The notes below the pieces were generated by a model, which did not search any database, had not been told where the DNA came from, and worked only from the letters and a program-made list of their open reading frames with translations. A stretch of 50,961 nt of DNA from Candidatus Micrarchaeum sp. (GTDB taxonomy: Archaea; Micrarchaeota; Micrarchaeia; CABMEP01): the NCBI GenBank assembly GCA_020723065.1, contig DYJP01000006.1, forward strand, positions 1-50,961, given 5' to 3'. How positions within the stretch are numbered: the first letter of the stretch is position 1; each line of letters starts with the position of its first letter. Of the stretch, positions 46,570 to 50,961 are shown piece by piece. The position numbers and the translations under genes were made by a program.

Positions 46570-47301
46570 TCAAAACGAGCTATTCCTTTTAGCTTCGAGC
46601 TCCCCGTACTGTTCGAGTTTCGGTTTGTGGAACATATGGTGGAACCTGCAGAGCAACCTGTTGTAGTTTATCTCAGTCTGCGATTTTTGGATTCCTATCG
46701 CTTTGCTCAGTCCCTTCTTTATGTATTTCCTGAACTCCTCCAGGTCGTATGCTTCGGCAAAGGTGTATACGGAGCCTATCTCCCTCACGTGGTGTGCGTC
46801 GCTTCCTCCAATCTGGCCTGTTTTCTTATTAAATGCCAGCTCCATGCTTTTTGCATTCTGTATTGCGCTGCATCTTCCGTTTATGGTTTCTATCGCATCT
46901 ATTTTTATCCTATGTTTGAAAACGTAGTCGGTTATCTTCTGCACCCTGATCGAATCGCCAACAGGGTGCGGTATCCCAACTATTCCGTCTTGTTCCTTTA
47001 TCTCATCTATTATCTCTTCGAGATTGTCAAGCGTGTTATTAGCCTTTGTGTCTTCATTCATAAAAAGGGCAAGTATCTCTCCGTACTTTTCCTTGCCTTT
47101 CCAGATTGCTATCTCCTTTCCTGGGACGAAAAGCATGCGGAGTTCCTTTGCCGCCTCTGCCGCCCTTTTCCAGCCACCGATTTTGTTGTGGTCTGTGATT
47201 GCAAATCCGTGAAGACCTACAGCCTTTGCCCTTGATGCTATCTCTTCTGGGCTGCAGCACCCGTCCGAATATGTGGAATGTATGTGGAGGTCTATTTTCA
47301 T
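46570..47301 (-). CDS. PHP-domain metal-dependent phosphoesterase
   Basis: DLHIHSTYSDG, AITDHN, PHP, GGSDAH. Confidence 0.92.
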   Translation of the reverse strand: MKIDLHIHSTYSDGCCSPEEIASRAKAVGLHGFAITDHNKIGGWKRAAEAAKELRMLFVPGKEIAIWKGKEKYGEILALFMNEDTKANNTLDNLEEIIDEIKEQDGIVGIPHPVGDSIRVQKITDYVFKHRIKIDAIETINGRCSAIQNAKSMELAFNKKTGQIGGSDAHHVREIGSVYTFAEAYDLEEFRKYIKKGLSKAIGIQKSQTEINYNRLLCRFHHMFHKPKLEQYGELEAKRNSSF

Positions 47302-47352
47302 TAGCTATATATCGAGTGATAGGATTTTATATCTTTTTTAACAAATTATCCT

Positions 47353-47843
47353 ATGGAGACCAACGTTTCGGATGAGAAATACTTTTTATCCTGGGATAAG
47401 ATAGAGCAGATGTGCATTCACATATCTAATGATATTAAGGCAAAGAATGTTAAAATAGACAAGATAATAGCTGTAAGCAGGGGCGGGCTCATTCCGGCCA
47501 GGATCCTTTCAGGTCTCCTTGACAATAAAACCTTTTCACTATCAGAGTTACATTTTACACTAAGCCAGGAGTAACAAAAGACAGGCTGCACCTTGCAGAA
47601 GACTTGTCTACTGATGTTACAGATAAAAATGTCTTGGTGATAGATGACGTTGTAGAATCAAGTAAGACACTCGCCCTTGCTCTAAATTACTTGAAAGAAA
47701 GGGGCGCAAAGAAGGTATTTACCGCCGTATTGCTGGACAAGTATGTAGATGGCAAGGAAAAGGCGGTAGTTCCGGACTTCTTTTCAGAGAAGATAAGCAA
47801 TAAGTGGATAGTATACCCGTGGGAAAAATTTGAGACCAATTAA
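47353..47843 (+). pseudogene. Purine (hypoxanthine/guanine/xanthine) phosphoribosyltransferase split by a frameshift
   Basis: IIAVSRGGLIPA in one frame; VLVIDDVVES..T and WIVYPWE in another; one extra A in the run at 47527-47530 restores KNLFTIRVTFYTKPG. Confidence 0.8.
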
Positions 47844-47921
47844 TCAGATGCAGTGTACGGGGTAACCTATATTAATTCTTTTTGTGTATATTCTCTTGTC
47901 GATAGTTTTTATGGTGATTTT

Positions 47922-48110
47922 GTGAAATGCATAATCAATGAAAAGCCGCGGAGTATTAAGTTCAAGGGCACGGTCAAAGAGCTGCTTGGCAAGCTGGGGC
48001 TGAACGAGCAGATAGTCCTAGTCAAGCTCAATGGAACCATAGTCACGGAGCTGGATGAAGTGAGCGACAAGGACACTGTGGAGATACAGAAGGTAATATT
48101 GGGCGGATAA
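47922..48110 (+). CDS. Ubiquitin-like sulfur carrier (ThiS/MoaD/SAMP)
   Basis: GGTGA SD with GTG start; beta-grasp pattern ending ILGG; directly before the thiolase. Confidence 0.9.
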   Translation: MKCIINEKPRSIKFKGTVKELLGKLGLNEQIVLVKLNGTIVTELDEVSDKDTVEIQKVILGG

Positions 48111-48140
48111 TCTTTCCGTATAGCGCATTAGGTGAATTAT

Positions 48141-49091
48141 TTGGTAAAGTGTTCATTTTGTAATAAACAGGCTGTAATACATCTGACTTATTCCAATTCG
48201 AATCTTTGCATTAAGCATTTTGTCTATTCAGTGGAAAGAAGGGTCAAGCGAACAATAAGAGAATACGACATGCTCAAGGGCGCGAAGCACATTGGAGTCG
48301 CAATGTCCGGTGGAAAGGACAGTCAAGTAATGCTTTATCTTCTTAACAAGATAACCAAACCGATGAAAATCAAGCTTACTGCGATACTCGTAGATGAAGG
48401 AATAAACGGATACAGGGACAAAATAATCCCGGAAGCAAAGAAGCTCACATCTGAGCTGGGTATTCCATTGCATATAGTGACTTTTAAGGATCTCGTAGGT
48501 CATTCTTTAGACGAAATAATGAGTATGGATAAGAAGGATAGAATAGAGTCTTCCTGTACTTATTGTGGGGTCTTTAGACGTTATGCCTTAAACAATGCAG
48601 CAAAGAAATTGGGTGTTGACCGTCTTGCAATTGGTCATAATCTTGATGACATGATTCAGGGATACATGATGAATATGATGAGGAATGAAAATCTTTTATT
48701 CAGATTTAAGCCAACTGGAGGAGCGGTGGAAGACGACAGATTCATAATGAGGATCAGACCGCTCTTCAAGATTCCTGAGAAGGAGCTCGCTCTTTATGCA
48801 GTTCTTAAGGGTTTCAAATCCGTGTTCGTAGAATGCCCCTATGTCGGAGAAGGGTTCAGACCGCTTGTCAGGGATTTTATCAATTCGACAGAATCAAAAT
48901 ATCCCGGAACTAAGTTTAAGATGCTTCAGAATTATATAGAAACTGGCAAAAAGGTGTCAGAGAGTTTCGCAGCTTCTAATTCCACTGAAAAAAAAATAAA
49001 TTCTTGTGAGAAATGCGGAGAGCCTACTTCGGGTAAGATATGCAAGTCATGCAGGCTAATCGACCAGTTAAGAATAAAAAGAAAAGTTTAG
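48141..49091 (+). CDS. tRNA 2-thiolation protein NcsA/TtuA/Ncs6 family
   Basis: N-terminal Zn finger, SGGKDS PP-loop, CTYCGVFRR, GHNLDD, CPY, C-terminal Zn finger. Confidence 0.93.
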   Translation: MVKCSFCNKQAVIHLTYSNSNLCIKHFVYSVERRVKRTIREYDMLKGAKHIGVAMSGGKDSQVMLYLLNKITKPMKIKLTAILVDEGINGYRDKIIPEAKKLTSELGIPLHIVTFKDLVGHSLDEIMSMDKKDRIESSCTYCGVFRRYALNNAAKKLGVDRLAIGHNLDDMIQGYMMNMMRNENLLFRFKPTGGAVEDDRFIMRIRPLFKIPEKELALYAVLKGFKSVFVECPYVGEGFRPLVRDFINSTESKYPGTKFKMLQNYIETGKKVSESFAASNSTEKKINSCEKCGEPTSGKICKSCRLIDQLRIKRKV

Positions 49092-49159
49092 GATTAAGGA
49101 AGGGTTGAGAAGAAAAATTGAGAATTTAAGGTTTCTTTAAGCTCGATTTTTTAAGTTCT

Positions 49160-49924
49160 TTAATCTTCCTGTTCCTTTGAATTTATCTTGATTATTATTT
49201 TTGGAAGTGTACTTAGATCTTCCACCAGGTAGTCCGTCTTTTCCCCCTTTATGTTTTCGGCAGAGCATTTTCTACTCAGGTGCACAGTCCAGATTCCTGC
49301 ATTTTTGGAGGGCTCGATATCATTGTGATAGCTGTCGCCGACCATTATAACTTCATTAGGATTTCTTCCTATCTTTTGAAGTATCCAGTCAAAGAATTCT
49401 CTGTTTTTAAGTTCTATTGATTGAATCGTTCCCGTTTCAGTGATGTATTGTTGCGTTACGAATATCAGGTCTATGTTGTTTGTCAGGTGAGCCCATTCGA
49501 CCTTATCAATTTGCTTGTGGGTTTTTCCCGCAGTAGCGAGGCATATCTGAAGCCCGGCTTCTTTCAATGAATGTAAGGTTTCGATTACTTCTTCATAAAG
49601 GAATGCAAAATATGCGTTCTTTATCATATGGTGGCCACTTATTCCTGCAGTAGCGATCATATCTATTTGGACTTGGTCCGTTATGCCCAAGCTCTTGCAT
49701 ACAAATGCCGCTGTCTCATCGAGTATTTTGTCGTAGTTTGATGTTTTTTCCTTCCTTATGGAATCTATAGTTTCGTCCAAAAGTTTTCTCGGTATTTTTG
49801 TCTTGAATCTGTCCATTGCTTCGGTTTGCATCCTTATGATGCTGGCCTGTTTGGAAAGCTCCTTGAATTCGTCAGTTTTGATCAGTGTGTAATCCAAATC
49901 AAATAAAATAGTTTTGATTACCAT
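49160..49924 (-). CDS. HAD-family hydrolase
   Basis: LFDLDYTL, MVGDSYHNDIEPSKNAG. Confidence 0.88.
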   Translation of the reverse strand: MVIKTILFDLDYTLIKTDEFKELSKQASIIRMQTEAMDRFKTKIPRKLLDETIDSIRKEKTSNYDKILDETAAFVCKSLGITDQVQIDMIATAGISGHHMIKNAYFAFLYEEVIETLHSLKEAGLQICLATAGKTHKQIDKVEWAHLTNNIDLIFVTQQYITETGTIQSIELKNREFFDWILQKIGRNPNEVIMVGDSYHNDIEPSKNAGIWTVHLSRKCSAENIKGEKTDYLVEDLSTLPKIIIKINSKEQED

Positions 49925-50001
49925 ACTAGTTTTAAACAATAGAGGTATAAATATATTTCGATGCAACTTTATATTGATAATTCGATATAAATGGTGTGAC
50001 A

Positions 50002-50700
50002 ATGGCAGTTTTAAAGAAATTTAGAAAACAATGTATAAAAGCAGTAATCTTCGATATGGATAATACTTTGTTAGACCTTAATGTTGATTGGAAGAAGCTT
50101 ACGGAAGAGATAGATACTGATTATTTTGATGGCAAGTATAGCTATTTAACTCCGCACAAGTTCTTTGTTGCATTTTTCTCAAAACTGCTTAACAAACTTA
50201 CGTCAAAGCAAAGAGAAGAAATAAGGCAGAAAAGATTAGAGAAAGAGGTCACAGGAATTGTAACTGGAACGTGTTTTCCTTATAGAGGAATAATTTCTTC
50301 CATGAGTAAGAAGTACAAGCTTGGAGTCGTTTCCGGGAACTATCGGCTCACCGTAATTAAGGCGCTGCAAAGATGCGGTTTCAGGAAATATATAAAGGCG
50401 GTCGTCACGATAGACGACGTTCCCGTTTCAAAGCCCTCTCCTCTTCCTCTTCTTTCGGTTTTGAAGAAGCTCAGAGTTAAGCCTTCGAATGCGGTCTACG
50501 TGGGCGACCATCCTGACGACATAAAGGCAGCAAAGAATGCCGGAATGTATTCGATTGGAGTTCTTACATATAAACGAAAATATGATCCGCTTCAGCAGGA
50601 AACTCCTGATTTTATAATAAATAACATCTTTGAGCTGGAAAAAGCGCTGGATTCGTTGGAACACAAGATTTCTGAAAGTAAAAATATGAGAGCTTTATGA
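50002..50700 (+). CDS. HAD-family hydrolase (phosphoglycolate phosphatase-like)
   Basis: IFDMDNTL, KPSP, YVGDHPDDIKAAKNAG. Confidence 0.9.
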   Translation: MAVLKKFRKQCIKAVIFDMDNTLLDLNVDWKKLTEEIDTDYFDGKYSYLTPHKFFVAFFSKLLNKLTSKQREEIRQKRLEKEVTGIVTGTCFPYRGIISSMSKKYKLGVVSGNYRLTVIKALQRCGFRKYIKAVVTIDDVPVSKPSPLPLLSVLKKLRVKPSNAVYVGDHPDDIKAAKNAGMYSIGVLTYKRKYDPLQQETPDFIINNIFELEKALDSLEHKISESKNMRAL

Positions 50701-50751
50701 TTTTTGCTTGAAATGAAAACAAGAGAATCAAATCTATTGACTAAAAATAGA

Positions 50752-50796
50752 TGAAATTAAAATCGCAATTCCCTAGGAATCACAATCTTAATTTCA
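50752..50796 (-). other. 21-bp RNA hairpin on the minus strand
   Basis: UGAAAUUAAGAUUGUGAUUCC-UAG-GGAAUUGCGAUUUUAAUUUCA, fully paired with four G-U pairs. Confidence 0.75.
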
Positions 50797-50846
50797 CCAA
50801 AAATCCAACAAATTTTAAATTTTTTCAAATCCAAAATTTATATGGA

Positions 50847-50927
50847 TTATCTTTTCTTTTTAGCAGCCTTTTTCTTGACTATTTTTTTCTTGGCTGGTTT
50901 TTTTCCTTTTTTTGAAATTTTTTTCAT
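50847..50927 (-). CDS. 26-aa Lys-rich peptide (histone H1-tail-like)
   Basis: MKKISKKGKKPAKKKIVKKKAAKKKR*, with TTTATAAA box upstream (leaderless spacing). Confidence 0.55.
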   Translation of the reverse strand: MKKISKKGKKPAKKKIVKKKAAKKKR

Positions 50928-50961
50928 AATTGTTTTTATAAAAATATATTTATAAACTTAT

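Overview
Archaeal chromosomal window (standard code, GGTGA-type Shine-Dalgarno sites, TTTAWAW TATA boxes, oligo-T terminators). A DPANN host, plausibly Micrarchaeota-like, is inferred from the stand-alone 5S rRNA, the AMP phosphorylase/R15P isomerase pair and the Cys-rich surface proteins. Most genes are housekeeping: cdc6, Sec61beta, S6e-aIF2gamma, L7Ae-S28e-L24e, hjc, dnaG, pelota, rtcB-archease, Dim2, topo VI A/B, ftsZ-secE-spt5-L11, L1-L10-L12, SAMP-NcsA. There are three tRNAs (Asn has a BHB intron) and two disrupted genes (TspO, purine PRTase). The most notable unexplained element lies directly downstream of cdc6: a ~460-nt region with its own TATA box and many nested, G-U-containing helices (candidate large ncRNA), followed by an SD-sequestered 56-aa ORF and a hairpin with an anti-SD-like loop. 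Other highlights: a full-length bacterial-type RelA/SpoT, a >1,700-aa nested Cys-rich surface protein, a circularly permuted L1-binding-site mimic over the L1 SD, a K-turn over the L7Ae start codon, and a 26-aa Lys-rich peptide followed by a strand-specific 21-bp RNA hairpin. All structures were paired by eye; no searches or folding programs were run.
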